NCBI GenBank assembly: GCA_965218795.1
Contig: OZ244653.1
Location: 3,712,001 to 3,776,000, forward strand
Length of the DNA stretch: 64,000 nucleotides
Direction of reading: 5' to 3'
Origin: a bacterium
Lineage (GTDB): Bacteria; UBA8248; JACPRG01; G963555815
The position numbers were made by a program, and so were the translations under genes. Position 1 is the first letter of the stretch. Each line of letters begins with the position of its first letter. Below, piece by piece: positions 18,454 through 29,143 of this stretch. Below the pieces are notes generated by a model, which searched no databases, had not been told where the DNA came from, and worked only from the letters and a program-made list of their open reading frames with translations.

Positions 18454-19584
18454 TTACGACTTTTTGGACGGGGCGAAGGGAGTGGCCCAGGCCTTGGCCT
18501 TGGCCCACTCGTCGGCCGTCAGCTTGACGTTCCCCGCGAAGCTGTTGTCGAAGAGTTTCTCGATCGGCGGAACGTTCTTGGCCTTCATGTACTTGATGAC
18601 GATGTCCCGGGTGATCTTCTGGTCTTTGGGGTCCATCCACCCGAGACCGTACTTTTCAACGGTCGGACCGAGCGAGAGGACGTTGGTGTTGCCCATATGG
18701 GTCAACAGAAGTTCCCGGGGCTTCGTCTCCAGCTCCGGCTTGGCCTTGATGAAGATATCCAGCGCCTTTTCGGGCTCGACGAGCTGCATCTTGAGGCCTT
18801 CCATGGCCCCGTCCACCATGTCCTGGACCAGCTTCTTGTCCTTCTTGATCATGTCGCTCCGGGTGATGAGCCCCAGGTCCAGGGTCTGCATGCCGTAATC
18901 GGCGTACAGGAAATGGATGGAGGGGACCCGGTACCCCAGAGAAGCGGCGTTGCTGACGAAATAGGTTCCGCAGCAGTCCGCCTGATTGTTGACGACGGTG
19001 CTGATGAGCTTCGCGGGGGACACGTGCGTGATCTTCACCTTGGAGGCGTCGATCCCCGTCGCGTTGACGAAGCCCGGCCAGATCACCGCGTCGCCCGAGG
19101 CGGCCCACTGAAGGAGGTGGCGGCCTTCCAGATCCTTGACGGTCCGGATGCCCGAGTCCTTCCGGCAGGAGATGGTCTGGGGGGCTTTTTGCAGCTTCGC
19201 GCCGATGGCCACCACGTCCAGCCCCTTGGAGATGCCGGCGATCATGACGTTGTAGCTGGCTTCGCCGAACATCGCCTTCCCGGCCGAGATGGTTTTGGTC
19301 GCCGCCCCGGAGCCGTAGCCGCGGTGGATCAACACGTCCAGGCCCCGCTTCTTCCAGCCCTGGGCCTGGGCGACGAACTCGAAGGCGTGACCGCCCACGA
19401 AGAGCCACGGCAGCATGAAGGAGACCTTGCGCATCTTGGATGCGCCCGCCTCGCTGATAAAGGCCGGCGCGGTGCCGCTGGCGACGATGACGCTCATCCC
19501 GCCGATGCCTTTGAGAAACGAGCGGCGGGTCACATCCACTTTCCGATCCTTCCCGATTGTGTAACGCTTGGTGTCGTCAGCCAT
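18454..19584 (-). CDS. ABC substrate-binding protein, NMT1/THI5-like, Tat-exported
   Basis: TRRSFLK twin-arginine motif; RGYGSG; position within the ABC operon. Confidence 0.85.
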   Translation of the reverse strand: MADDTKRYTIGKDRKVDVTRRSFLKGIGGMSVIVASGTAPAFISEAGASKMRKVSFMLPWLFVGGHAFEFVAQAQGWKKRGLDVLIHRGYGSGAATKTISAGKAMFGEASYNVMIAGISKGLDVVAIGAKLQKAPQTISCRKDSGIRTVKDLEGRHLLQWAASGDAVIWPGFVNATGIDASKVKITHVSPAKLISTVVNNQADCCGTYFVSNAASLGYRVPSIHFLYADYGMQTLDLGLITRSDMIKKDKKLVQDMVDGAMEGLKMQLVEPEKALDIFIKAKPELETKPRELLLTHMGNTNVLSLGPTVEKYGLGWMDPKDQKITRDIVIKYMKAKNVPPIEKLFDNSFAGNVKLTADEWAKAKAWATPFAPSKKS

Positions 19585-19904
19585 GTCCTTCCCTCCATTC
19601 ATGCATGTGGTCTCGACGAGAATGGGTGGATGAGACCCTTCCCCGGGCCCCTGTGGATTTGCGCGCGTGAAGTTTCAGAGGGCCACCATTCTCCAGCAAA
19701 AGATCTCCGAGGACGAACCAGCAACTTCAACCAAAGAGATTTCAGACATTTTAACGCGAACTCCGCGAAATAAACAGCATCAATCCCAAAAAGTCAAACC
19801 TCCCGGCCCCTCAGTGATTCCCGGTTTCAGGGTAAGCGCTCCGGGAGGCGGGCGGGGCCTGTCCCCCGATGAAAGCTTGTCCCCAATAGCTCAGGTCGGG
19901 GGCA

Positions 19905-20270
19905 TTCGAGAGTCTGCTCCGCGGGAATGACAAGCTGAGTCCCCCGCCCGTCATTCCTGCGTGCTTCAGGCGGGAGTCCAGGGAAAACGCCAAGGGTGCA
20001 GGAGGCATTGTTGGGCCCCCACTCAGGCCACTCCCCCCCTTGAGGGGGAGTCGGCAAGACTAAGGACGGAGTCCGCAGGCGCGCCGGTGGGGGGGACGGT
20101 CGAAGATACGCGGCCAAGGCCCCCCCAACCCTCTCCCTCCAGGGAAGAGGGAGAGGATCCCGGAACCGTCGCGCCATGCTCGCCGGTCCCTGTGCACCCA
20201 CCGACCAGTCACCCGCGAGAGTTTCTGTCGGGGGTCCACTTCCTGGATTCCCGTCTGCGCGGGAATGACA
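19905..20270. repeat. Mosaic palindromic intergenic repeat cluster (modules A, B, C)
   Basis: Module A GGATTCCC-N8-GGGAATGAC; module B CTCCCCC(C)TTGAGGGGGAG; module C AACCCTCTCCCTCCAGGGAAGAGGG. All recur throughout the window. Confidence 0.85.
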
Positions 20271-20330
20271 GGCCGGCGCGGTCACCCCCGGCCCTGGTTT
20301 CGAGGTTTCTCAAGGCGGACGGTTGCCGCG

Positions 20331-20927
20331 CTACAGCTTGTTCAGCTCCACGTCGATGGTGATATGCACCTCGTTGCCCACGACGAGCCCGCCCGTTTCG
20401 ATCAGGCGGTTGTACTTCACCCCGAAATCCTTGCGGTTGATCCGGGTGGTGGCGCTCGCGCCCATCTTCGCGCCCCCGCCCATCTTGAGCTCCTTGCTGA
20501 TATCGGCCACCTTCAGGACCACTTCTTTCGCGACGCCGCGGATGGTCAGGTCCCCGACCAGGTCGAAGCTGTCCGGTCCCGCGTTCTTCACGGACCTGGA
20601 CTTGAACGTCAGTTGGGGATGCTTCTCGACGAGCAGGAAATCGTCGGTCCGGAGATGGTTGTCGCGCCGCGCGTTCCGCGTGTTGACCGAGGCGGCGTCG
20701 ACGACGATGTCCGCCGTCGCGGCTCCGGGGTTCTTCCGGTCGTAGCGGACCTTGCCCGACACCTTCTGGAATTCCCCCCGCACCCAGGTGACTCCCAGGT
20801 GACGCACCTTGAAGGTCACCGTCGTGTGGGCCGGGTCGATTGCCCAGTCCGCGGCGTGCGAGAGAACTGGAGCCGTCAGCCATGCCGCCGCGATCACCGT
20901 CGCCGCGCGCTTCGCAAATCGGTTCAT
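20331..20927 (-). CDS. yceI: YceI-family periplasmic lipid/polyisoprenoid-binding protein
   Basis: Signal peptide, WAIDPAHT, RDNHLR..DF, GDLTIRG, INRKDFG. Confidence 0.93.
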   Translation of the reverse strand: MNRFAKRAATVIAAAWLTAPVLSHAADWAIDPAHTTVTFKVRHLGVTWVRGEFQKVSGKVRYDRKNPGAATADIVVDAASVNTRNARRDNHLRTDDFLLVEKHPQLTFKSRSVKNAGPDSFDLVGDLTIRGVAKEVVLKVADISKELKMGGGAKMGASATTRINRKDFGVKYNRLIETGGLVVGNEVHITIDVELNKL

Positions 20928-21049
20928 GGGTCTCGTTCCTCTGTGTCAATGGGTTGGAGTGATGGAAACGGCCTGTTCCCGCCATTTTCAGACACGATGG
21001 ATCAATGGATCAAATGTGCAACAGTGGGGAGTATTCTACACATGACTCA

Positions 21050-21198
21050 AGGTCTTTCATGAGACGCCCTTCGACTCTGCAGGCGTCCTGCCGTGTTCTG
21101 ACCGTTTCCACGAATTCTCCCTTTGCGGGTCGGATGGTCGATGCCGGACGGGACCGAGCCGGCCATTCGCTCCATTCGCGGGGGTCGGTCGATGCGGG
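21050..21198 (-). pseudogene. 149-bp duplicated internal fragment of the CDP-alcohol phosphatidyltransferase gene (source 56199-56347)
   Basis: Manual alignment gives about 11 mismatches in 149 bp; the copy ends in a module-A repeat. Confidence 0.9.
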
Positions 21199-21729
21199 AA
21201 TGACGAAATAGGACACGCATACCTCCCAGCCCGTCATTCCCGCGTAAGCGGGAATCCAGCTTGACCGGCTCATGCGGGTTCGGTCTCAACGCATAATCGG
21301 GCAGGAATCCATATGGCAGGGTGGGAGGGGTGCAGGAATGACAAACGAGGCCCGCGCACAATAGCCTGTCATTCCCGTCCTCGACTGTCTGGGATCGGAA
21401 ATAATTGTAAATGGTATTATGCGGGATTGTGTGGAACCAGGCGGGACAAGATACGGAGAATCAAAGGGTTGGGGGCTATCGGGGCAGCCGTCAGAAAGAA
21501 ATAATTGTGAATTTTTCGGGAAAAACGGGGAAAACGGCCAAAAAACAGAAATTTTAACGGCGTCTCAGGGTCGTTTTTTCTGGGGGAAGAATTCGTTGGA
21601 CTCCTCTCAATCCGGTTATGGAATGATGGCGGCGACCCGTCCGCCGAAGGAGGTCCGTCAGACACGGCGGGCCGGACAGCGCGGCTGAACAGCGCGGCTG
21701 AACAGCATGGCTGGAAAACGGAGGTCACG

Positions 21730-22950
21730 ATGCGCGAGGTGAAATGGCCTTATGGCTGGGGGCGCGTCCCCTATGACTGGGAAACGCGCCGGAAGTGGAT
21801 GCACCTGCCGTTCCCGGTCGAGGAATACGAATCGCGGGTCGACCGGATTCGCGACGGTTTGCGGCAGCGGCGGCTCGACGGGCTCATTGTCCACGGGACC
21901 CGGGACGACCGGGCGGCCATCCGGTATCTGGCCAATTTCGAGGATTTCTACGCGGGCGAATCCCTCTTCGTCCTCCCGCTGGACGGAGAACCCTCCTTCC
22001 TGACCAACGCCGTCATGCACAGCGAGCCCATGCATTCCGGCATACAGGAGACCTGGCTGCGGGACGTCCGCTGCGCCCCCCACCCGAGAACCCTCGTGGA
22101 GCCGGCCACGTCGATCTACGACCACCTTGAAGATGTCCTGAACGAGCGGGGATTGCAGAAATCCGTCCTGGGCCTGTCGGGAGCGGGCCGGGCGGGGCTG
22201 GCCGACCGTCTGGCCGAGATGCTCCCCTCGGCCCGATGGGAAGACCCCGGCCGGATCCTGCCCGACGCCATGGCCGTCAAGTCCGAGGCGGAGGTGGAGA
22301 TTCTCCGCAAGGCCGCGCGCGTGGCGGACGCGGGACTGACGGCGCTGATGGAGGCCTGCCGCGAGGGGGTGAGCGAGTTCGATCTGGCCGGGGAGGCCAA
22401 CCGGGCCATGTTCGCGGCGGGTGCGGAAGACACCTCGCTGCCCATCGCCGTGGGCTCGGGTCCGCGGTCCGGCTTCAAGCACGTCGCCCCCACGGACCGG
22501 AAACTCCTGCAAGGCGACTTCGTCTATACGGACCTGGGCGCGCGGTACATGGGGTACTGTTCGGACATGTCGAGAAACCGGACGGTCGGCCCGCCCACGG
22601 ACGAGCAGCGGCGCTTCATGGAGGACCAGATCGACATCGTCCACGCGGCGATGGACGGGTCCGGGGCGGGCTCCCGTATTGGGGATCTGGCGGACATCGC
22701 GGAAGAATCGGCCAGGGAGAGGGGCGTTTCGGAGTACCTGTACTTCAGGGGTCACGGGATTGGCACGGCCACCCACGTGCCGCCGTCCCTCGCTCCCGGC
22801 AGCGATACGCTGCTGGAGGAGAACATGGTGTTCTGCTTCGAGCCGATGCTGGTGAGATACGGGTTCGGGACGGCCTGCGTGGAGCACATGTACGTCGTCC
22901 GGAAGGACCGCTGCGAAAATCTCTCCACCTGCCCCGAACGGTTCTGGTGA
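21730..22950 (+). CDS. M24 family peptidase/hydrolase
   Basis: FPVEEYESR, VKSEAE, DLGARYMGYCSD, GHGIG, FEPM, VEH. Confidence 0.9.
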   Translation: MREVKWPYGWGRVPYDWETRRKWMHLPFPVEEYESRVDRIRDGLRQRRLDGLIVHGTRDDRAAIRYLANFEDFYAGESLFVLPLDGEPSFLTNAVMHSEPMHSGIQETWLRDVRCAPHPRTLVEPATSIYDHLEDVLNERGLQKSVLGLSGAGRAGLADRLAEMLPSARWEDPGRILPDAMAVKSEAEVEILRKAARVADAGLTALMEACREGVSEFDLAGEANRAMFAAGAEDTSLPIAVGSGPRSGFKHVAPTDRKLLQGDFVYTDLGARYMGYCSDMSRNRTVGPPTDEQRRFMEDQIDIVHAAMDGSGAGSRIGDLADIAEESARERGVSEYLYFRGHGIGTATHVPPSLAPGSDTLLEENMVFCFEPMLVRYGFGTACVEHMYVVRKDRCENLSTCPERFW

Positions 22951-23446
22951 GAAGTGGATACCCGCTTTATGCGATAATTTGAAGGCAAAGTGGTCACCGA
23001 AGGCGGGAAGGCTCAAGGGGATTCGTGTTGATTGGGGCGCCTGAGAAAATAGACGCTCCAAGAAGTCCATATGGGTCAGGGCTCGCATCCCCCAATCCGT
23101 CATTCCCGCGCAAGCGGGAATCCACCGGGGAATCCCGGTCTCCAATTTCCTGGATTCCTGCGTGCGCGGGAATGACGGACAAAAAGAACGGCTCCAGGAT
23201 GTGTCTGGCAGGCGCAGGAATGGCGGACAGAAGGACCCGCTCCTGCATGTATCAGACAGGGGCAGGAACGACAAGGGTCACCCCGGTTATCAGCCTGTCA
23301 TCCCCGCGAATACGGGAATCCAAGGGAGTGCCGGCGTGGGAATTGCTGGACAGCCTGTCAACGGCGGCTTGTAGTGAATGGGAGGATGGTGGCGAAGCGC
23401 ATCTTTGGATGGATGGACGCTTTCCACCCCCACCGAAACAGATGGA

Positions 23447-24739
23447 ATGGGGGAATTCTTGGGGCAAAGGACATTCGAGTTCAGATGCCCGATTTACGGG
23501 TTCATTACCCTCTCGGACTGGGAGAGGGTAATCATCTCGCAACCTGCGTTTCAGAGGCTGAGACGCATCGGTCAACTCGCCTTTACGAACTATGTCTACC
23601 CTGGAGCAATGCACACGCGCTTCGAGCATTCGCTCGGCGTCATGCACATGGCGACGATGCTTTATGACGGGATCGTGAATCGCTCCAGAGAACTGCTGAA
23701 AAGCGAGTTCGGTTACGATGAGGCAGGTTTTAGAAGATATCGCGCCTTGGTTCGATTGGCCGCGCTTCTTCACGATGTTGGTCATTCGCCGTTTTCACAC
23801 GCCAGCGAAGAGATCTTCCCGCCAAAGGACGATTCCGTCGGACAGAAACGATATACACATGAAGAGTATTCCACTGCAATTATACATCGTTGCTTCGCGG
23901 ATGTTATCGGCGATCATCCCACGAATAGTAATTACGGATTTACCGCCGATGATGTAGCTGCGCTCCTGGAAGGAAGCGCGGACACTGAGAGCGCGCTATT
24001 TTGGCGTGATCTCGTAACAAGCCAGATGGATGCGGATCGGATGGATTATCTCCATCGGGATTCTTATCATACGGGGGTCGATTATGGCCGTTTCGATTGG
24101 CGACGCCTTGTGCAAACGGTCGAGGCGGTTCCGGGCGTGGGTGGCGGCAGCCCAACTCTCGGAGTATCCGAAGGCGGATTGCACGCGGCGGAAGGCTTGA
24201 TTCTCGCGCGCTATTTCATGTTCACCCAGGTCTATTTTCATAAGTCGCGCGTCGCCTACGATCATCATCTTCAAGAAGCGCTCAAGGAGATTCTTCCTGG
24301 AAATCACTTTCCGCCGCCGACTTCGGAGCGCCTCGCTGATTATCTCGATTGGGACGATTGGCGGGTCCTGGGCGCTCTGAAAAGTGGCGAAGGCGGCGAG
24401 CATGGACGGAGAATTCTCGACCGGGATCACTACCGGGAGATATGGCATACGCCCGAAATACCGGCTCCCGATGACGAGAAGAAATTGAAAGAACAGAGAG
24501 AAAAATTGGGCGAACTGGTTGCCGCGGAAATACCGGCGGAAAAATCCTGGTACAGCACAGGAAGCTCCGACATTCCTATTTTCACGGAAACTCCTCGTCG
24601 CGAGCGAAAACCGCTTTCTTCTTTTTCGTCGGTTGCGAGCAGCATCAAACCGATTCGCCAGATTAGATTATATGTGAGGGCCAAAGATCGAGATGAAGCC
24701 AATCGGCTACTAGGACAGGGAGAGAATGACAATGGATAA
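23447..24739 (+). CDS. HD-domain dNTP triphosphohydrolase-like protein (SAMHD1/YwfO type)
   Basis: FQRLRRIGQL, HTRFEHSLG, LLHDVGHSPFSH, DADRMDYLHRDS, QVYFHK. Confidence 0.9.
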   Translation: MGEFLGQRTFEFRCPIYGFITLSDWERVIISQPAFQRLRRIGQLAFTNYVYPGAMHTRFEHSLGVMHMATMLYDGIVNRSRELLKSEFGYDEAGFRRYRALVRLAALLHDVGHSPFSHASEEIFPPKDDSVGQKRYTHEEYSTAIIHRCFADVIGDHPTNSNYGFTADDVAALLEGSADTESALFWRDLVTSQMDADRMDYLHRDSYHTGVDYGRFDWRRLVQTVEAVPGVGGGSPTLGVSEGGLHAAEGLILARYFMFTQVYFHKSRVAYDHHLQEALKEILPGNHFPPPTSERLADYLDWDDWRVLGALKSGEGGEHGRRILDRDHYREIWHTPEIPAPDDEKKLKEQREKLGELVAAEIPAEKSWYSTGSSDIPIFTETPRRERKPLSSFSSVASSIKPIRQIRLYVRAKDRDEANRLLGQGENDNG

Positions 24740-25292
24740 TTCAGGATGGAACAGACTAGGCTTGATTTGCAGCTTGGTTGAAAAGAACGATGGACAAGCC
24801 GGAAGAACCGCGCTGATGAAATTCGTTTATCTTTTGAAAGAGATCAAAGGAGTCTCGCTCGACTATCGCTTCACACTTTACACCTACGGCCCTTTTGATT
24901 CTCATCTGCTGGATGACCTGAGCTACGCCGAGTCGCTGGAAGCGGTGGAGAGTTCGCTGGTTCGTTTTTCCGGTGGATATGGCTATCAATATTCACCAGG
25001 CCCCAAAATAGGGGAATTCAAAGATCGCGCACAAGGTTTCCTGGCGAAATACGATGGGGAGATCGCCTCGGTAGTTGAGGAATTCGGCTCCAAAACCGCG
25101 GGTGAATTGGAAATGCTGAGCACTATAATCTACGTTGACCGGAGCGCTAAGGAGCGCGGGTCTCGAAATTCAATGGATGAACTCTCCAACAAAGTTGTCA
25201 AAATCAAACCTTATCTCGATTTGAAGGATGTCCGTGATGAGGTCGAGCGCCTCCGTGAACGCGGATATCTTCGAGCCGTAGACGCGCAATAA
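24726..25292 (+). CDS. YwgA/DUF4065 (SocA/Panacea)-like wHTH partner protein
   Basis: GRTALMKFVYLL...YRFTLYTYGPFD; overlaps the HD gene stop. Confidence 0.65.
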   Translation: MTMDNSGWNRLGLICSLVEKNDGQAGRTALMKFVYLLKEIKGVSLDYRFTLYTYGPFDSHLLDDLSYAESLEAVESSLVRFSGGYGYQYSPGPKIGEFKDRAQGFLAKYDGEIASVVEEFGSKTAGELEMLSTIIYVDRSAKERGSRNSMDELSNKVVKIKPYLDLKDVRDEVERLRERGYLRAVDAQ

Positions 25293-25379
25293 ATAAGCTA
25301 TACGCCTTAGTTGAGCTGGAGCAACTCCACCAGCGCTTTCTCATCGGAAATATCGCTAGACTAACAATATGCGGCGGAC

Positions 25380-25532
25380 GTGGAGGTCTCTCAGCGGTCG
25401 GGGTCGCGTGTGCTTCTGAAGAAGGGAACAGAACGGATGGTGGTTCACCGGCCCCATCCGGAGCCGGAGACCGGGAGAACGACGGTGCGCGACATCGCCG
25501 CATTTCTCGAAGCCGTAGGAGTCAAGCCATGA
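25380..25532 (+). pseudogene. hicA: 5'-truncated HicA toxin
   Basis: Manual translation VEVSQRSGSRVLLKKGTERMVVHRPHPEPETGRTTVRDIAAFLEAVGVKP*. GSR and HRPHP motifs present; N-terminal helix absent; stop overlaps the hicB start. Confidence 0.75.
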
Positions 25533-25861
25533 TGGAATACAGGAGATACACCGCTACCGTCGAATTCGACGAATCCGTGGGCCGTCTTCACGGACGGGTC
25601 GTCAACAGCGGCGCTTATCCCATCGCAACCTTTGAAGCAACCGATGTTGATGGGATTCGGCGCGGGTTCCACCGATCTGTCGACGAGTATCTTGAGTCCT
25701 GCAAGGAGGATGGCATCGAGCCCCGGAAGCCTTTTTCAGGCAAGCTTCATGTTCGACTCGGGCCGGACTTGCATCAACGCGTTGCACGCTCGGCGGCCGA
25801 GAGCGGCCTGAGCCTGAACCGTTGGATCATGCAAGCGCTGGAGAAGAGCTTGTCCCGATGA
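25529..25861 (+). CDS. hicB: HicB antitoxin
   Basis: YRRYTATVEFD...SVDEYLESC...PRKPFSGKLHVRLGPDLH...SLNRW. Confidence 0.92.
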   Translation: MMEYRRYTATVEFDESVGRLHGRVVNSGAYPIATFEATDVDGIRRGFHRSVDEYLESCKEDGIEPRKPFSGKLHVRLGPDLHQRVARSAAESGLSLNRWIMQALEKSLSR

Positions 25862-26140
25862 TCGAAGACCTCCTCCTGCTTCCTGATCCGGGATGGGCGG
25901 TCGGCCGACGCCTGTAAGCAGGACACGACACCGAATCGAGACGCCCCTCGTTCAGCCGCCGATAGACATCCGTTCCCTTGAGCGGGGAATCCGCTTTGAT
26001 ATGATCCCGCGGCGTTCGGCCCTGATCGTCTCTCGCCGGGACCTCGAAACCTTGTCGACAAGGTCGTGTAAATGTAATTTATTGACTCTTGCGGGCCCGA
26101 AAACCGGAACACCGGGATGGCGGAACAGTGAGGAAAGGCT

Positions 26141-27736
26141 TTGGCCGAAGTCTATGACATCATTGTCATTGGTGGAGGACACAACGGGCTGATCCTCGGT
26201 TGCTACCTGGCCAAGGCGGGGCTTCGGCCCTTGGTATTGGAGCGTCTTTCCACCCCGGGCGGGGGCGTCAGCTCGCGAGAGGTCGTCCCGGGATACACCT
26301 TCAGTCTCCACGCCAACAACCTCAATTGGGTCCACATCGGGCCCATCCTCGAGGATTTGGAGCTCGACCGATTCGGCGTCCGGTTCCTCTTTCCCCGGAC
26401 GATCTGCAGCCAGGTCTTCAGCGACGGTCGGAGCCTGACCCTGCACCGGGATTTGGACCGCACCGCCGCCGAGATCGGCCGGTTCTCCCGCAATGACGCT
26501 GACCGATACCGGGACTGGGTTCGTCGGCAAGAGCCCGCCTTCGAGGCTTGCGTGCGGAATCTGTTCTCACCCCCGGTCCCTCCGTCCGTCGGTTGGGCCG
26601 CGCTGGAGGAAAGCCATGAAGGACGGGAGATCTTGCGAACCTCGCTGATGAGCATCGCGGATGTGGCGGAGGAGCTTTTTGAAAACGATCGCGTTCGAAC
26701 CTGGATGGTCAACTACTGCCTGCAAGCCATCAACGATCCCTTCGCAAAAGGTACGGGCCTGATTCCGCTCCTTCTTCATGTGAACCAGCACCGATCCGGT
26801 GGGAACTCCCTGGTTGCGGGGGGCGCCCAGGGTATGGCCGACGCGCTTGTCGCCTGTCTGGAGTCCCATGGCGGGGCGGTCCGGCTGGAAAGCCACGTTT
26901 CGCGTTTGCGCATGGAAGGCGGACGGGCCCGTGGGGTCACCCTCTCCGACGGAACGGAGTTCGAGGCCGCACGGGCCGTGGTCAGCAACGTCGAGCCCAA
27001 ACAGGTCTTCTTGCAGATGATGGACGAGAGCGAGATGGACCCGGGGTTTCTGGGCCAGATCCGCCGGTTTCGATTCAGCCATTACACCTCATTCGGCGTC
27101 CACCTGGCCCTCGACGCGGATCCCGTCTATCGGTCCTCATCCGAAGCTCCCAACCAGGCCTATAACGTCATGATCGGAAAGGAGACCATGGAGGATATTC
27201 GCACCCTCTACTACCACCTGGACATCGGAGTCCCACCGGAGCGAAAGGGCTTCATGGTCGTTCACCCCACGCGATTCGACCCGTCGATCGCCCCTCCCGG
27301 CAAACACTACGCCATCCTGTGGCAATACGCGCCCATCGAGCTGCGGGACAAGAACACCCGGTGGCGAGACATCAAGGAAGCCTTTGCCGACGACTGCGTG
27401 GCGCTTTTGAGCCGCTTCACGAAAAACATGGATGCCGACGCGGTCGTGGGACGCGTGGCCTACAGCCCCGAGGACGCCGGCCGGGAGCTCATCTCGATGG
27501 TGGGCGGGGATCAGGAATGCGGAGCGACCACGCAAGACCAGATGGGCATCTTCCGCCCCTTCCACGGCTGGCCGCCCTACCGGACCCCGATCCGGGGACT
27601 CTACCTTTGCGGCCCCAGCACCCACCCCGGCGGAGGTGTTCACGGGGCCAACGGATACAACGCGGCCGGAGCCATTGCCGACGATCTCGGAATCGAGAAG
27701 TGGTGGGCCGGCCGAGGATTCAAGGTCTTGCGGTAA
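26141..27736 (+). CDS. Phytoene desaturase-family NAD(P)/FAD oxidoreductase
   Basis: IIVIGGGHNGL, YRTPIRGLYLCGPSTHPGGGVHGANGYNAA. Confidence 0.9.
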   Translation: MAEVYDIIVIGGGHNGLILGCYLAKAGLRPLVLERLSTPGGGVSSREVVPGYTFSLHANNLNWVHIGPILEDLELDRFGVRFLFPRTICSQVFSDGRSLTLHRDLDRTAAEIGRFSRNDADRYRDWVRRQEPAFEACVRNLFSPPVPPSVGWAALEESHEGREILRTSLMSIADVAEELFENDRVRTWMVNYCLQAINDPFAKGTGLIPLLLHVNQHRSGGNSLVAGGAQGMADALVACLESHGGAVRLESHVSRLRMEGGRARGVTLSDGTEFEAARAVVSNVEPKQVFLQMMDESEMDPGFLGQIRRFRFSHYTSFGVHLALDADPVYRSSSEAPNQAYNVMIGKETMEDIRTLYYHLDIGVPPERKGFMVVHPTRFDPSIAPPGKHYAILWQYAPIELRDKNTRWRDIKEAFADDCVALLSRFTKNMDADAVVGRVAYSPEDAGRELISMVGGDQECGATTQDQMGIFRPFHGWPPYRTPIRGLYLCGPSTHPGGGVHGANGYNAAGAIADDLGIEKWWAGRGFKVLR

Positions 27737-28110
27737 GAGCGCGCCCCCGCTCATGCCTCATCCGCGCTGACCATGTTCCTCGTGGCCGGACGCGGAATGG
27801 CCCATGCCGCCCAATCACTCCCCCCTGCCTGTTCGGCTCGCCTGGCCGGCCTGCCTGGCCGGCAGACAGGCAGACAGGTCGCACGCAGACAGGCGGGAAT
27901 CCGGTTCTTTGTCCTTGTCCGGTTTGGACATCGTCGTGTCCCCTCCTGCTCCGCTCCTCCTTCGCAGCCCGTCGCTTGCCGTTCCCACGGTCGCGCCGGG
28001 CTCCCGTCGGCCAACACCCGAGGGGCGGATGACCCGGTCGAGGCAGGCCGCTTGACACCACAGTCAAACTTAGTCATATAATTAGCTAAACTTGTTTCGA
28101 GGAACCGGCG

Positions 28111-28344
28111 ATGCCCGTGGTGAACGTCCACGAAGCGAAAACCCATTTGTCGCGTCTGCTCGCGCAGGTCGAGGACGGCGAGGAGGTCGTGATTGCCCGC
28201 AACGGCAATCCCGTCGCCCGGCTCGTGCGTGTCCAGGAGCGGGGCAATCGGCAATTCGGCTCCATGAAGGGCCGGATAAAACTCGACGAGGGCTTCTTCG
28301 ACCCGCTGCCGGAAGAGGAGTTGGCTGCCTGGGAGGGTCGTTGA
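28111..28344 (+). CDS. vapB: Phd/YefM-family antitoxin
   Basis: VNVHEAKTHLSRLL...GEEVVIARNGNPVARL. Confidence 0.92.
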   Translation: MPVVNVHEAKTHLSRLLAQVEDGEEVVIARNGNPVARLVRVQERGNRQFGSMKGRIKLDEGFFDPLPEEELAAWEGR

Positions 28345-28347
28345 GCG

Positions 28348-28734
28348 TTGCGTCTCCTGCTCGACACCCACGCGTTCTTTTGGTGGTTTTCCGGGAGCAG
28401 CCGCCTGTCGCTACCCGCGCGGCAGGCGATTGCGGATGACGGCAACGACGTCATGGTCAGCGCGGCGTCGGCGTGGGAGATCGCGACGAAACATCGGATC
28501 GGCAAGCTCCCGGACGCGGATGCGCTGGCCCTTGACATGACCGGGGCAATCGCCGGACAGGACTTCGAGGAACTGCCCATCACCGTAGAGGACGCCGCGC
28601 GGGCCGGATCGTTGCCGGGTTCCCTTCGCGATCCGTTCGATAGAATGCTCATCGCGCAGGCGCTCGCCCACGATCTCGTTCTCATCACGATGGAGACGCT
28701 CTTCGACCGCTACGGCGTTCGCCGTCTCTGGTGA
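28348..28734 (+). CDS. vapC: VapC PIN-domain toxin
   Basis: LLLDTHA, SAWEIATK, RDPFDRMLIAQA. Confidence 0.92.
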   Translation: MRLLLDTHAFFWWFSGSSRLSLPARQAIADDGNDVMVSAASAWEIATKHRIGKLPDADALALDMTGAIAGQDFEELPITVEDAARAGSLPGSLRDPFDRMLIAQALAHDLVLITMETLFDRYGVRRLW

Positions 28735-29143
28735 TCCGGATCCGCCCCTCCGTATTCTGGATTCCTGCTTGAAGCACGCAGGAATGACGAACACGTTGCA
28801 AAGCGCATGCACGAGCCTTGCAACGACGTTTCGGAGACCTTTTTCCCCTAACGGGAGACAGGGGGCTTGGGCGTTGCGCGGGATTTATCGGGTGCGTCGG
28901 CGTCCGATTGCCCCCTAAGCTGTCTACCCCCCACCGGCTCGGCTGCGGACTTCGTCCTTGCCTCACCGACTCCCTCTCAAGTGTAGCCGACGGAAAGTCG
29001 CTGCCCACGCCGATAAATTGCCGGGAAAAGGGGGCCGGTCAGCCCGCGAACCGAAGCAACTCCTGAAGAACCCGATCTGAATGAGATAGCGGGGACGGAG
29101 AACGCGCCGCCCCTTATGGATCTACGGCTCGTCGCCGACATGT

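Noticed and set aside
21674-21715. 13-bp tandem repeat CAGCGCGGCTGAA upstream of the M24 gene
   Set aside because: Only two perfect and one degenerate copy; a simple slippage duplication is sufficient.
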